Assembly (NCBI GenBank): GCA_034667265.1
Contig: JAXDKF010000173.1
Span: 1 to 26,796, forward strand
DNA length: 26,796 nucleotides
Direction of reading: 5' to 3'
Source of the DNA: Fimbriimonadaceae bacterium
Lineage (GTDB): Bacteria; Armatimonadota; Fimbriimonadia; Fimbriimonadales; Fimbriimonadaceae
Part shown: positions 9,194 through 17,707 of the stretch, piece by piece
Layout of the letters: each line of letters begins with the position of its first letter
Numbering within the stretch: the first letter of the stretch is position 1
Made by a program: the position numbers and the translations under genes
The notes under the pieces: model-generated
Database searches by the model: none
Seen by the model: only the letters and a program-made list of their open reading frames with translations
What the model was told of the DNA's origin: nothing

Positions 9194-10489
9194 ATGGCGA
9201 AACCGATCGAACGACGCGACCAGTGTTGCCTCTGCGGCAAGACGAAGGAGCAAGTCCGGAAGCTTATCGTAGGGCTACACGGCGCAGTTTGTGCCGACTG
9301 TATCGACCTCTGCAACGATATTCTTCATAACGAGCAGGACCGTGCTCCGGCAGCCGCTCCTCAAGTAGCAACGCGAGCTCACGTCTTGGGACACACGTCT
9401 ACCAGCGTTCCTAAGCCCAAGGAAATCGTCAGCTACCTGGACGGCTACGTCGTCGGACAAGACGTGGCCAAGCGGTCACTCTCCGTTGCGGTTTACAACC
9501 ACTACAAGCGGATCAGCGATCGAAGCAACGACGACGTCGAGCTCCAGAAGAGCAACATTCTCATGATCGGCCCGACCGGCTCGGGCAAGACCCTTCTCGC
9601 CCAGACCCTCGCCCGGATGCTCCATGTGCCGTTTGCAATCGCCGACGCCACCGCTTTGACTGAGGCCGGCTACGTGGGAGAGGACGTCGAGAACATCCTT
9701 CTTAAGCTTTACCAAGCCGCGGAGAGCATCGACCCGCGGAACGCCAAGGAGCTCTGCGAGCGGGGCGTCATCTATGTGGACGAGATCGACAAGATCGCCC
9801 GTAAGAGCGACAACCCATCGATCACTCGAGACGTGAGCGGCGAAGGCGTCCAGCAGGCGCTACTCAAGATCCTTGAAGGCACGGTGGCCAACGTTCCTCC
9901 GCAAGGCGGCCGCAAACACCCGCAGCAGGAATACATCCAGATCGACACCACCAACGTGCTCTTCATCTGCGGCGGAGCCTTCGAAGGCATCGAGGACATG
10001 ATCCGGCGCCGCATGAAGGAGAACGTCATGGGCTTCAGAGCCCACCCCGAGAGCCGCACCGAGCGCGATCCGAACGTGCTGCGCAACGTGCTCCCCGAGG
10101 ACCTTCTTAAATTCGGTTTGATCCCTGAGTTCATTGGGCGACTCCCCGTGATCGCCTCTTTGGACACTCTGGACGAAGACGCTCTCGTCTCCATTCTCAA
10201 CGAGCCGCGCAACGCCGTTCTCAAGCAGTATCAGAAGTTCTTCGCCATCGACGGCGTCGAGCTCATCTTCGAGAAGGGCGCCATGCGCGAGGTCGCAAGG
10301 GAAGCTCTGAAGCGAAAGACTGGCGCTCGGGCCCTCCGCGCGATTATTGAGCAGGTGATGCTGGATGTCATGTACGAAGTGCCCAGCAACATGGACGTGA
10401 AGCGAGTGGTGGTGCCGGAAGGCATCATCGACGAGGAAGAGGTCCACCCGATCCTGATGACCGAAGACATGATCCGCAAAGCGGGTTAG
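9194..10489 (+). CDS. clpX: ATP-dependent Clp protease ATP-binding subunit ClpX
   Basis: C4 zinc-binding domain (CCLCG...CADC), Walker [13 protein letters not shown] pore loop, Walker [28 protein letters not shown]. Confidence 0.98.
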   Translation: MAKPIERRDQCCLCGKTKEQVRKLIVGLHGAVCADCIDLCNDILHNEQDRAPAAAPQVATRAHVLGHTSTSVPKPKEIVSYLDGYVVGQDVAKRSLSVAVYNHYKRISDRSNDDVELQKSNILMIGPTGSGKTLLAQTLARMLHVPFAIADATALTEAGYVGEDVENILLKLYQAAESIDPRNAKELCERGVIYVDEIDKIARKSDNPSITRDVSGEGVQQALLKILEGTVANVPPQGGRKHPQQEYIQIDTTNVLFICGGAFEGIEDMIRRRMKENVMGFRAHPESRTERDPNVLRNVLPEDLLKFGLIPEFIGRLPVIASLDTLDEDALVSILNEPRNAVLKQYQKFFAIDGVELIFEKGAMREVAREALKRKTGARALRAIIEQVMLDVMYEVPSNMDVKRVVVPEGIIDEEEVHPILMTEDMIRKAG

Positions 10490-10510
10490 TTAACGGAATT
10501 CGAAGGTCTA

Positions 10511-10541
10511 GCCTCGGAGCTTTTCAGCTCCGGGGCTTTTT
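10511..10541 (+). terminator. Rho-independent terminator of tig-clpP-clpX
   Basis: GCCTCGGAGC-TTTTCA-GCTCCGGGGC (10 bp, one G-U) followed by TTTTT, 21 nt after the clpX stop. Confidence 0.85.
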
Positions 10542-10543
10542 CG

Positions 10544-11590
10544 TTACGAGGCTTTCAAAACCATGGTGAACCGGTTGGATCCCGCTTGCATGACCGCTTT
10601 GCATCCGGTGCGAAGGGCGTTGAACATGTTCCGCATAATCTCGGGCGCCTTCGGATCGCGCCGTTCAAAGAGGGCCAATAGATCGGCTGCCGTCCGCCCG
10701 TTGACGCTGACGATCTTTGCGAATTCTTTCTTGGGCAGGCCGGCCAGGCTGGCATCCAAATAGAGCCCCCCCTTGTCTTCGAAGACCCGCTCCCGAAACA
10801 GCAGTGACAAGGCCTGGCACAGCGTGGTTGCGCTTCTTGTCTTGGCCGGCCGCCATAATTGCCGGTCGGCGAGATCGATTACGATGCGATCCGCGAGAAG
10901 GGAAGGCGCGACCACACCTCGATCCGCAACGTCGCTGAGAAGAACAGGCGCGCAGAACAGCGTTCGGTCGGCGACTTCGAGCTTGGTGGCTATGGCCAGT
11001 GTGACGTCTCCAGGCGAGGCGTCGAAGAGCTCTAGGGGCCGTGTGATCCGGGTCTTGACTATTGAGGCCGAGGACGTGGCGTCCTTTGGCATCAGACTGA
11101 CGGTCGCGCCGGTGTCCAGCACGGATGTCCCAAACTGCGTCGCCACGTAAGGACAAGTTGTGTCCTCTTCATAAAGGAGCGGTACGGCGGTCGCATCGCG
11201 TCCGATCCAATCGCCACCACCCGTCGGCAGGATTACCAGGTTTTTGTTTCTGTAGTCGATGCCGATCACAAGATCAGCCAAGACGTCCATGCCGAGAATT
11301 CCTTCAATCGGCGGATACTCGTCGTAGATTGTGGAATCGCCCGTATCCAAGCCCTTGACTGGCACTGATCCGGAGCCAAGGGTCAGCGTCGCTGCTGGAT
11401 CGTCGCGAAGGATCTGCGCCTTGACGTCGCGCCGCAGATGAGATCCTTGGTTGCCCGTATCGACCAGCAGCGTGTACTCCCGCCCCGCAATCGGAATCCG
11501 GATCCGGCAGCGGCCCGGATCGATGAGGCCCTTAACTTGCGTGGGAGTGCTTTGGCGCGAGAGAACCAGCAACGCGCAAAGGGCGATCAC
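10544..11590 (-). CDS. Secreted retropepsin-like aspartic protease with two DTG domains and a possible C-terminal PDZ-like remnant
   Basis: LLVDTGNQGS ... GILGMDVL and SVLDTGATVS ... GVVAPSLL; the C-terminal IVSVNG segment is PDZ-like; short signal peptide. Confidence 0.75.
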   Translation of the reverse strand: MIALCALLVLSRQSTPTQVKGLIDPGRCRIRIPIAGREYTLLVDTGNQGSHLRRDVKAQILRDDPAATLTLGSGSVPVKGLDTGDSTIYDEYPPIEGILGMDVLADLVIGIDYRNKNLVILPTGGGDWIGRDATAVPLLYEEDTTCPYVATQFGTSVLDTGATVSLMPKDATSSASIVKTRITRPLELFDASPGDVTLAIATKLEVADRTLFCAPVLLSDVADRGVVAPSLLADRIVIDLADRQLWRPAKTRSATTLCQALSLLFRERVFEDKGGLYLDASLAGLPKKEFAKIVSVNGRTAADLLALFERRDPKAPEIMRNMFNALRTGCKAVMQAGSNRFTMVLKAS

Positions 11591-11949
11591 TTCTTCAAGG
11601 CATCGGCTGCCGGCTTGCTCTCCGCTTCCACACGAAGCTTGTCGACGACCTGATCCACTCCCCGCGTGTTGTTGACCACCTCTAGCACGAGCTTCTTCTC
11701 CTCAGGCGTTCGGACGTGGCCGCTGATCGTCACCTTTCCGCCTTCCGCCTCGATGTGGAGCCCCTTCATCTCCACACCCTTGCGAAGAGCCAGAGCTGCG
11801 TTAACCTTGCCGGCAACGGTGGCGTTCGTGGCGGCTCGCTGCGCCGTCTTGCCGAGCTGGGTCGCTTCTCGCTTGAGGTCGTTCGCGTCAGTCGAGTTGC
11901 ATCCACAGGCCATCCAGCAGATGGCGAGTATTGCGGCAAGGTGTCTCAC
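11587..11949 (-). CDS. BON-domain lipoprotein (OsmY-like)
   Basis: Lipobox-like MACGC; BON pattern LHIEAEGGKVTISGHV...NTRGVDQVVDKL; stop overlaps the protease start. Confidence 0.85.
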   Translation of the reverse strand: MRHLAAILAICWMACGCNSTDANDLKREATQLGKTAQRAATNATVAGKVNAALALRKGVEMKGLHIEAEGGKVTISGHVRTPEEKKLVLEVVNNTRGVDQVVDKLRVEAESKPAADALKK

Positions 11950-12021
11950 AAGTTTTTTGACGGTAGATCGTGGCGTGAAGACGCAGTTGGCGATTCGAAC
12001 CGTCGCCCACTCGTTGCGCGG

Positions 12022-12537
12022 TCAGTTCTTCTTGTAATCGCCGTCGACCATGGTGATCCATTTATCACCCTCTTTGATGTCCAGGGTAAAGCCCAGTCCC
12101 TTGTCTCCCTTCTTCCACCACGTGGATCGGAAGATCGCGTCGGGCATGTTCGGCATCGGCGTAGGATCGCTAATGAGCACGAGCTTGTCGCCCTCGAAGT
12201 TTCCTTTCATCGACATCACGTTTGGCGCCGCGCTGTCGTACCACCAGGCCGTGTACACCTTCTTGTCGGGATCGTAGGTGAGCATGTGCATGCCTTCGAC
12301 CGGTGGCGCCGCCGGCCCCATTTGATAGGTCACGTTCGTTCGCACGTACCGGCCCCCCAAAGCCCATTCTGAGTGCGTCTTGGACGTGCTCTTCTGGCCC
12401 ATCATGGATTCCTCGCCGGTCCAATCCCCCAGGAGGAAGTCGACCTTGTTGAGCTCTTCGGTAGGGATTGGGGCCCCCATTTGAGCGAATCCGAAGCTGA
12501 CGGTGAAAAGCAGAAGTAAAGCTAACAGTCCTCTCAT
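12022..12537 (-). CDS. DUF1579 family secreted beta-barrel protein
   Basis: Start ATG 12537 gives a signal peptide (MRGLLALLLLFTVSFGFA); LLGDWTG, LGGRYV and TYDPDKKVYTAWWYDS match my recollection of DUF1579. Confidence 0.75.
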   Translation of the reverse strand: MRGLLALLLLFTVSFGFAQMGAPIPTEELNKVDFLLGDWTGEESMMGQKSTSKTHSEWALGGRYVRTNVTYQMGPAAPPVEGMHMLTYDPDKKVYTAWWYDSAAPNVMSMKGNFEGDKLVLISDPTPMPNMPDAIFRSTWWKKGDKGLGFTLDIKEGDKWITMVDGDYKKN

Positions 12538-12584
12538 GAATGAATCGTCCGCCTTTCCGCGCGGACCCTCCGGAAGCAACTATA

Positions 12585-12702
12585 GCTGGGGAAAGGTATT
12601 GGGTGTTGGGTATTGAGTATTGGGGTCGGACAGGCGGTCGGGCGCCCGTGTATCAGCACACCTAATACCCAACACCCAAAACCCAATACCTGCTTCCCCC
12701 GC
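12585..12702. repeat. Imperfect inverted-repeat element with arms built from GGT(A/G)TTG heptamers
   Basis: Left arm 12594-12626 AGGTATTG-GGTGTTG-GGTATTG-AGTATTG-GGGT. Right arm 12658-12691 reads AGGTATTG-GGTTTTG-GGTGTTG-GGTATTA-GGTGT in reverse complement. Outer GGGGAA/TTCCCC; spacer about 31 nt. Confidence 0.9.
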
Positions 12703-12705
12703 AGG

Positions 12706-12711
12706 TACAAT
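12706..12711 (+). promoter_or_regulatory. Putative -10 box TACAAT for tRNA-Gln
   Basis: Near-consensus hexamer 17 nt upstream of the mature tRNA 5' end; no clear -35. Confidence 0.55.
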
Positions 12712-12728
12712 TTCTGCTCCCAGAGCAT

Positions 12729-12799
12729 TGCCCGCTCGTCTAATGGCAGGACGACAGGTTCTGGCCCTGTTAATCGAGGTTCGAATCCTTGGCGGGCAG
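12729..12799 (+). tRNA. tRNA-Gln (anticodon CTG), CCA not encoded
   Basis: Acceptor stem TGCCCGC/GCGGGCA, D loop TAATGGCA, anticodon arm ACAGG-TTCTGGC-CCTGT, T loop GGTTCGAATCC, discriminator G. Confidence 0.97.
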
Positions 12800-12807
12800 T
12801 AAACAGC

Positions 12808-12846
12808 AAAACGGGCTCGTGCCGATGACCGGCACGAGCCCGTTTT
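12808..12846. terminator. Probable bidirectional terminator
   Basis: Perfect 17-bp stem AAAACGGGCTCGTGCCG-ATGAC-CGGCACGAGCCCGTTTT between the tRNA and the convergent ORF ending at 12861. Confidence 0.88.
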
Positions 12847-12860
12847 CAGTTCATCCAGTC

Positions 12861-13235
12861 TCACTCAGGGCTGACTGCGCTCATGGATTGGCCCTGCTTC
12901 TTCGCGAGCGGAAAGCGGCTCTGCTGGGTTGATTGTAAGCCGTTACCTTTGAGGTCCATCGCGCCAACGCCTGCCACCCTGAAATCTTGTGGCTTCAGAG
13001 GTTCGGTGGTCATCGGTTGGTTCCGCTGAGCAAGTACTTCTGGCGCTCTTACCACAGCGGCCTGGCGCTCTGCAACAAAGGAGGTCACCATCGAGGCTGG
13101 ACTCGCGGCTCTCACGAGCGTCGAGACCGTACCACCCATGGCCGTCAAGGATTGCGCGATGATGGTCATGGACGTTAGGCAGGCTGCGAGCGCGAGGCCC
13201 ATCCCCGCCAGTTTGAAGTTTTTTGATCCGTCCAT
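12861..13235 (-). CDS. Hypothetical secreted or membrane-anchored protein
   Basis: 124 aa; strong SD (GGAGG) before the ATG; hydrophobic N-terminal helix; no family recognised. Confidence 0.7.
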   Translation of the reverse strand: MDGSKNFKLAGMGLALAACLTSMTIIAQSLTAMGGTVSTLVRAASPASMVTSFVAERQAAVVRAPEVLAQRNQPMTTEPLKPQDFRVAGVGAMDLKGNGLQSTQQSRFPLAKKQGQSMSAVSPE

Positions 13236-13344
13236 TTGCTTCCTCCAGGTTCTCTAACACCTATCGGTTTCACCTATCTACAGCGTACTGGCATTTATAC
13301 TGATAATAGGTAGGAAGTACTAAGTGACGGTGCGGGGATGCAGC

Positions 13345-13376
13345 TATTGGGTGTTGGGGTCTTAAGGTATTGGGCG
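13345..13376. repeat. Partial copy of the GGT(A/G)TTG heptamer arm
   Basis: TATTGGGTGTTGGGGT and AGGTATTGGG match segments of the 12594-12626 arm. Confidence 0.65.
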
Positions 13377-13433
13377 AGCCGGATTCTGGATTCAGGAGGC
13401 GACGCAAGATGAGGCCCATCCTCGTCCTTGGCC

Positions 13434-13482
13434 CTCAAAGCTCAAAGCTCAAAGCTCAAAGCTCAAGGCTTAATGCTCATGG
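13434..13482. repeat. Tandem heptamer (CTCAAAG)x4 plus degenerate CTCAAGG, CTTAATG, CTCATGG
   Basis: Read directly; lies just downstream of the minus-strand ORF ending at 13491. Confidence 0.95.
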
Positions 13483-13490
13483 CGTAGCGG

Positions 13491-13904
13491 TCAACGCTCG
13501 CTGGCCGTGACGCCAAGCACGGGGCTCTGGAAGGATTCCGCCAGCCGAAGCTCGGAGAACCTCTTGGCGCCCTTTCGAGTGAAGGAAAAGCCTTTCCCGT
13601 ACCCGTCCCGAATGTCGCCGGTGATCACCCTTGGGCCCGGGCGCAGGTAGCCCTGCATGACCATGCTCCAAGCGGCATCCATGTAAATGCCCTCGAGGTC
13701 GAAGATCGGTAGAGGTTCCTCGCTCTCAGGCACGCGCAAATTGCTTGTGATCTCTAGAAGCCAAGGCAGAAACAGGTCGAAGTCGCGGGAATGGTCCGTA
13801 ACATGGCGGTCGGTTTGAACCAGGTTTTCGGCGATGAATTTCCAAATGTAGGCGACTGCTTCCTCTTCGGATCGGACCAGTCTGCCGCTTGTGTCCTCGA
13901 ACAT
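13491..13904 (-). CDS. Hypothetical protein, possible winged-helix-like domain
   Basis: 137 aa with an in-frame stop shortly upstream, supporting ATG 13904. A TG-T-TACGAT extended -10 lies 9 nt upstream. Contains DAAWSMVMQGYLRPG...FSFTRKG. Confidence 0.7.
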   Translation of the reverse strand: MFEDTSGRLVRSEEEAVAYIWKFIAENLVQTDRHVTDHSRDFDLFLPWLLEITSNLRVPESEEPLPIFDLEGIYMDAAWSMVMQGYLRPGPRVITGDIRDGYGKGFSFTRKGAKRFSELRLAESFQSPVLGVTASER

Positions 13905-13950
13905 CTTGCCTTCATCGTAACACCGCCGGTGTCAGCTTTCCAAACTTTGG

Positions 13951-14110
13951 GTAACGCATGGGAGAAGGTTTCGGGAAGCACGTCCGGGATCCCACGTATC
14001 CGACTGCGGGTTGGACGGTCCCGGTCGACGGCTGACCCGGCCGAGATGATGTACTCCCGGCCGGATGATGACTAGACTCATTGTAACGGGGATCTCTCCG
14101 GGCCATTTAC
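13951..14110 (+). ncRNA. Candidate structured ncRNA (rod-like fold with central bubble, 6S-like architecture); family unassigned
   Basis: Nested pairings found by eye: 13961-65/14095-99, 13967-73/14087-94, 13984-89/14055-60, 14007-12/14034-39. No sequence-level family match recognised. Confidence 0.25.
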
Positions 14111-14131
14111 TATTTACGATTTACCATTTAC
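14104..14131. repeat. Tandem heptamer (NATTTAC)x4
   Basis: CATTTAC-TATTTAC-GATTTAC-CATTTAC; spans the last codons and stop of the TPR/S41 gene. Confidence 0.9.
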
Positions 14132-15796
14132 GTCCCGAATCACCTCCAGCACCGCATCCATGGCCGCGTCCTTGCCCGCAAAGTAGTCAGCCGCCGTGAC
14201 CGGAACAGGGATATCCGGCGCGATCCAAACGCGCTGGTCGCGCGCGTTGACGGTGTGCAGCCGGGTAGAGATCGACCCGTGGAGCTGGCTATAGGGGAGA
14301 ACGAACTCCGCGCTCTCGCCGATGAAAAACGGCTTGGATGAGCTGGGCTCGCCGACGACGATGGGCCCCGCCATGCGCACGATATCGTTCTCGAAGTTTT
14401 GAGCAGCCGAGAACGTGTTGCGGCCGGTGATCAGGAAGATCCGCCCGCCGTGGGCGCTGTAGGAGATCAGAGTCCGGATCAGCTCGGGTTCGAGGTCGGT
14501 GTTGCCGCCGTTGTTGTGGCGGATGTCCACGATCAGGTTCTCCACGGGATCGGCTTCCAAATCCTTTCGGAGACGCACGCCGAAAGCGGGAAGGGACTCT
14601 CCTTTCTTACTGGCGACCTGGTTGAACTGAACGTAGAGTGCCTTGGCTTCGGGCATCGCCTTAGACCAGTAGAAGTCATCCTGGCGCTGCAGGTAGAGCG
14701 GGGCGGAGGTGGGGTCCGCCGGTACCAGCTTGTTGTGATGCAAGAAATCGATGCTCACGGGAATGGGCGTTAACGAGATTTCTTTCTCCTGCCCTTCTTT
14801 CGAGACCTTCACGGTGACCTTGTCGTCGGGCGCGGTTGCACCAAACTCGCGAAGGGCGCCGTTCACGACCAGGAATTGAGGTCCGATCCAATCGATCCCT
14901 TTGTCGTTGTCCCGGCTTACGTACACGCCGAGCTTCGACCAGAGCTCTTCGATCGGCCTGCCGCCAATGCTCAAGACCCTCGATCCTTTAAGGTCCGTCT
15001 GGTCCGCGTCGAGAATGAAGACTCCTTCCTCGAACCGGTAAACCTGAAACGGCAGGCGCATGATCTTGATAGCCGGAGAATAGGGGTAGATCGTGCTGTG
15101 ACCATCGCCGAGCTGGACCATCAGCTTTTGCAGGCCCATCATGATTTCGCCGTCGTCGAGCTTTGGCACATCTCTCTTGAGCTTCTTCGCGCCTTCCGAC
15201 ACGCTATTGGGCAAGCCCTCCATGCTCCAGCGGTAGTGCATTCGCTTCATCTCGGTCGTGAGGAAGTCGATGTCGTAGCGCCACTTCTCGTCTCGTGAAG
15301 CGGTCTTCTTGGGGGGTAGGCCGGCCAGCTCGTTCCAGCGGGGGTCGTCGTGGAGACTGTTCAGATCGGTATCGGTCTGGAGGTGCGCCCTGTCCTCGAA
15401 TCGCAACGCGAGGGCCTTGTCCACCCATTCGATCGCCTGCTTCTTGTCGCCGGTCAGGGCATAGCAGCAGCCGATGTTGTAAGCGTTGTTCTCCGGTGCG
15501 CCGTGCCCAAGGGCAAAGGCTCGTTTGTACGGCTCGATCGCTTTTGCCGGCTGATGCAGCTCGTAGTAGGAGTTGCCGAGGTTGAGCCAGGCCTCGCCTG
15601 AATCGGGGTTCTGTGCGGCGAGCCGCTCGAACGCCGATGCCGCGACTTCAAATTTGCCCGCTGCCGCGTCTTTGCGCGCTTGGAGAAGTACCTGGTAGTA
15701 AGTGGCCGGAGCGAGGCGGTCGGCTTTGAGCGGGCTTGCCGCTAACGCGGCTTGAGGTACGGCAAATGAAAGCGATGCGATGAGGCAGGTCAGCAT
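14114..15796 (-). CDS. Secreted TPR-containing S41 family peptidase-like protein
   Basis: Likely start ATG 15796 (MLTCLIASLSFAVPQAALAA). N-terminal TPRs (GEAWLNLGNSYY, AYNIGCCYAL); LGDGHS, PDZ-like VLSIGG, LIVDIRHNNGGN and GRNTFSAAQ (S41 serine context). Confidence 0.8.
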   Translation of the reverse strand: MLTCLIASLSFAVPQAALAASPLKADRLAPATYYQVLLQARKDAAAGKFEVAASAFERLAAQNPDSGEAWLNLGNSYYELHQPAKAIEPYKRAFALGHGAPENNAYNIGCCYALTGDKKQAIEWVDKALALRFEDRAHLQTDTDLNSLHDDPRWNELAGLPPKKTASRDEKWRYDIDFLTTEMKRMHYRWSMEGLPNSVSEGAKKLKRDVPKLDDGEIMMGLQKLMVQLGDGHSTIYPYSPAIKIMRLPFQVYRFEEGVFILDADQTDLKGSRVLSIGGRPIEELWSKLGVYVSRDNDKGIDWIGPQFLVVNGALREFGATAPDDKVTVKVSKEGQEKEISLTPIPVSIDFLHHNKLVPADPTSAPLYLQRQDDFYWSKAMPEAKALYVQFNQVASKKGESLPAFGVRLRKDLEADPVENLIVDIRHNNGGNTDLEPELIRTLISYSAHGGRIFLITGRNTFSAAQNFENDIVRMAGPIVVGEPSSSKPFFIGESAEFVLPYSQLHGSISTRLHTVNARDQRVWIAPDIPVPVTAADYFAGKDAAMDAVLEVIRDVNGKS

Positions 15797-15895
15797 GAGA
15801 TCTTCGGTGGCGCCGCCCACGACCGGCGACGCACTCCCCCTTTGCTTCATCGTGCAACGGAGTTGCTCTGCCTTCAGGCATTAAGACCCAGCGGC

Positions 15896-17707
15896 TTACC
15901 TATAAAGCGGGCCGTAGTTTGCGCACGCGCGGAAATCCGCGCCTTCGGGATCGCTTGTGCCGAACCTCGACCAGCTCGCGGGCCTGAACGCCGGCTCGAG
16001 CACGTTGTGCATGTCCACGGGAATGCGGAGCATGGAGGCGAGCGTGATGAGGTCCGCGCCGATGTGGCCGTAGCTGATCGCGCCGTGGTTCGCGCCCCAG
16101 TTGTTCATAACCGTGTACACGTCTGAGAACGCGCCGTTGACCATTACACGCGGTGCGAACCATGTAGTGGGCCACGTTGGGTTCGTGCGTCGGTCCAGGA
16201 TGTCGTGTACGCGGTCTGGCAAAGTGACAGTTTCTCCCTCGGCGATCTGAAGGACAGGTCCGAGGCCATCGACCAGATTGATGCGGCACATCGTGACCGG
16301 CATGCCGCCTTCCGTCGTGAAGTCGGTCGACCAGCCACCGCCCGGGAAGTAGCCGAGATCGCTGGCGCACCACTGGGTGTTCTCCAGACAGGCCGCTGCG
16401 TCCTCTGGCGAGATGTCCCAAAACGGCTTGCACGCGGGATTTCCGTCCTTCTGTTGCCGGCCAGTCCAATCGAGAGCGGAGGGGCCGGAGTTGATGAGGT
16501 GCAAGATTCCGCCGTCCGCACCTTCTTGGAGCTTATGCCCGGTTACTCGGTGCACCGCCTCCGGGCTCCAGTAGGTGCGCACGTCTGAGAACATCTGGGC
16601 CGTTCCGGTTAGTAGGTGTCCGAGCAGCATCGATGCACCATTCAGCGAGTCGTTCTCTGTAGCCACGACATATGGCTGGCGGATGCCGTTCCAATCGAAA
16701 CTGCTGCAGAGGATCGCTTCCATGAAGTCCCCGTTCGGGAAGTAGTCGGTCCATTGGCGCTGGCCCTGGAAGCCGCCCGCGATCGCGTTGTGCCCGCGCG
16801 CTTGCTCCGGGAAACCGAGTGCATCCAGGCGTGGGTTGCCGACCATGAGGTCTCGCGCGATGAGCGCCATCTTCACGCTCGTCTCCCAGTCCTGGTCTTT
16901 CTGTTCGCGCGAGCGTTGTTTCTCCGCGGCGTTGGGATCGTGGCCCTCTTTGCAGTTCGCCTTCACCCAGCTCATCGCTCTTTCAAATTCGCCTTGATCG
17001 AAGAGGCCCTTCTGCATGCGGCCGAGAAACTCGCTCATGTCCACCGACTCCACGCGCATGCCGAGCCATTTCTCGAAGAAGCTCGGGTCCACCATCGAGC
17101 CCGCGATGCCCATGCTCACGCCGCCCATGGCGAGGTACGACTTGCCGCGCATGCTGGCCACTGCGAGTCCCGCACGCACGAAGCGCAAGATCTTCTCCTG
17201 CACGTCTGACGGGATGCTCTCGTCGCTTAGGTCTTGCACGTCGCGGCCGTAGATTCCGAAGCAGGGAAGTCCTTTCTGCGCGTGACCGGAGAGCGTGGCG
17301 GCGAGGTAGACGGCGCCGGGCCTGTCCGTGCCGTTGAATCCCCAGATGGCTTTCGGCCGGAGCGCGTCGTCGTCCATCGTCTCGGTGCCGTAGCACCAAC
17401 ACGGTGTGACGGTTAGCGAGAGCCCGACTCCTTCACGTTGAAACTTTGCAGCGCAATCGGCGGCTTCTGCGAAGCCACCGATGCACGTATCCGCGATCAC
17501 GCATTCGACCGGGAGACCGCATGCGTGCTTGATGCTCTCTGAGATGAATTTGGCGGTGCGTTGGGCCATGCCCATCGTCAACCCCTCGAGAGATTCGCGC
17601 ACGCCGCCGCATCGGCCATCGATGACGGGCCGGATCCCGACTTTCGGCAATGGTCCGCGCAGCCTGTTTACGGGCGGGTTCATCTTCATCGAAGAGAGAT
17701 CGGCCAT
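15896..17707 (-). CDS. fucI: L-fucose/D-arabinose isomerase
   Basis: 603 aa; [35 protein letters not shown] and WGANH. Metal-ligand positions appear retained (MEAIL, DVRTY, ANH). Confidence 0.96.
   Translation of the reverse strand: MADLSSMKMNPPVNRLRGPLPKVGIRPVIDGRCGGVRESLEGLTMGMAQRTAKFISESIKHACGLPVECVIADTCIGGFAEAADCAAKFQREGVGLSLTVTPCWCYGTETMDDDALRPKAIWGFNGTDRPGAVYLAATLSGHAQKGLPCFGIYGRDVQDLSDESIPSDVQEKILRFVRAGLAVASMRGKSYLAMGGVSMGIAGSMVDPSFFEKWLGMRVESVDMSEFLGRMQKGLFDQGEFERAMSWVKANCKEGHDPNAAEKQRSREQKDQDWETSVKMALIARDLMVGNPRLDALGFPEQARGHNAIAGGFQGQRQWTDYFPNGDFMEAILCSSFDWNGIRQPYVVATENDSLNGASMLLGHLLTGTAQMFSDVRTYWSPEAVHRVTGHKLQEGADGGILHLINSGPSALDWTGRQQKDGNPACKPFWDISPEDAAACLENTQWCASDLGYFPGGGWSTDFTTEGGMPVTMCRINLVDGLGPVLQIAEGETVTLPDRVHDILDRRTNPTWPTTWFAPRVMVNGAFSDVYTVMNNWGANHGAISYGHIGADLITLASMLRIPVDMHNVLEPAFRPASWSRFGTSDPEGADFRACANYGPLYR

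Noticed and set aside
11985-12008. GGTTCGAATC on the minus strand as a tRNA fragment or att site
   Set aside because: No T-stem pairing and flanks do not match tRNA-Gln; only a 5-bp hairpin.
12534-12864. ORFs overlapping the tRNA and palindrome (12534..12809, 12580..12864, 12613..12828, 12620..12802)
   Set aside because: They are translations of tRNA and repeat sequence (PNTQHP-like periodicity), not real genes.
13932-14081. 49-codon minus-strand ORF (MSLVIIRPG...) and other short ORFs in the structured region
   Set aside because: No SD, no recognisable motif and Arg/Pro/Gly-biased; a structured non-coding explanation fits better.
12729-14110. Integrative element at tRNA-Gln
   Set aside because: No integrase and no duplicated tRNA 3' end found in the window.
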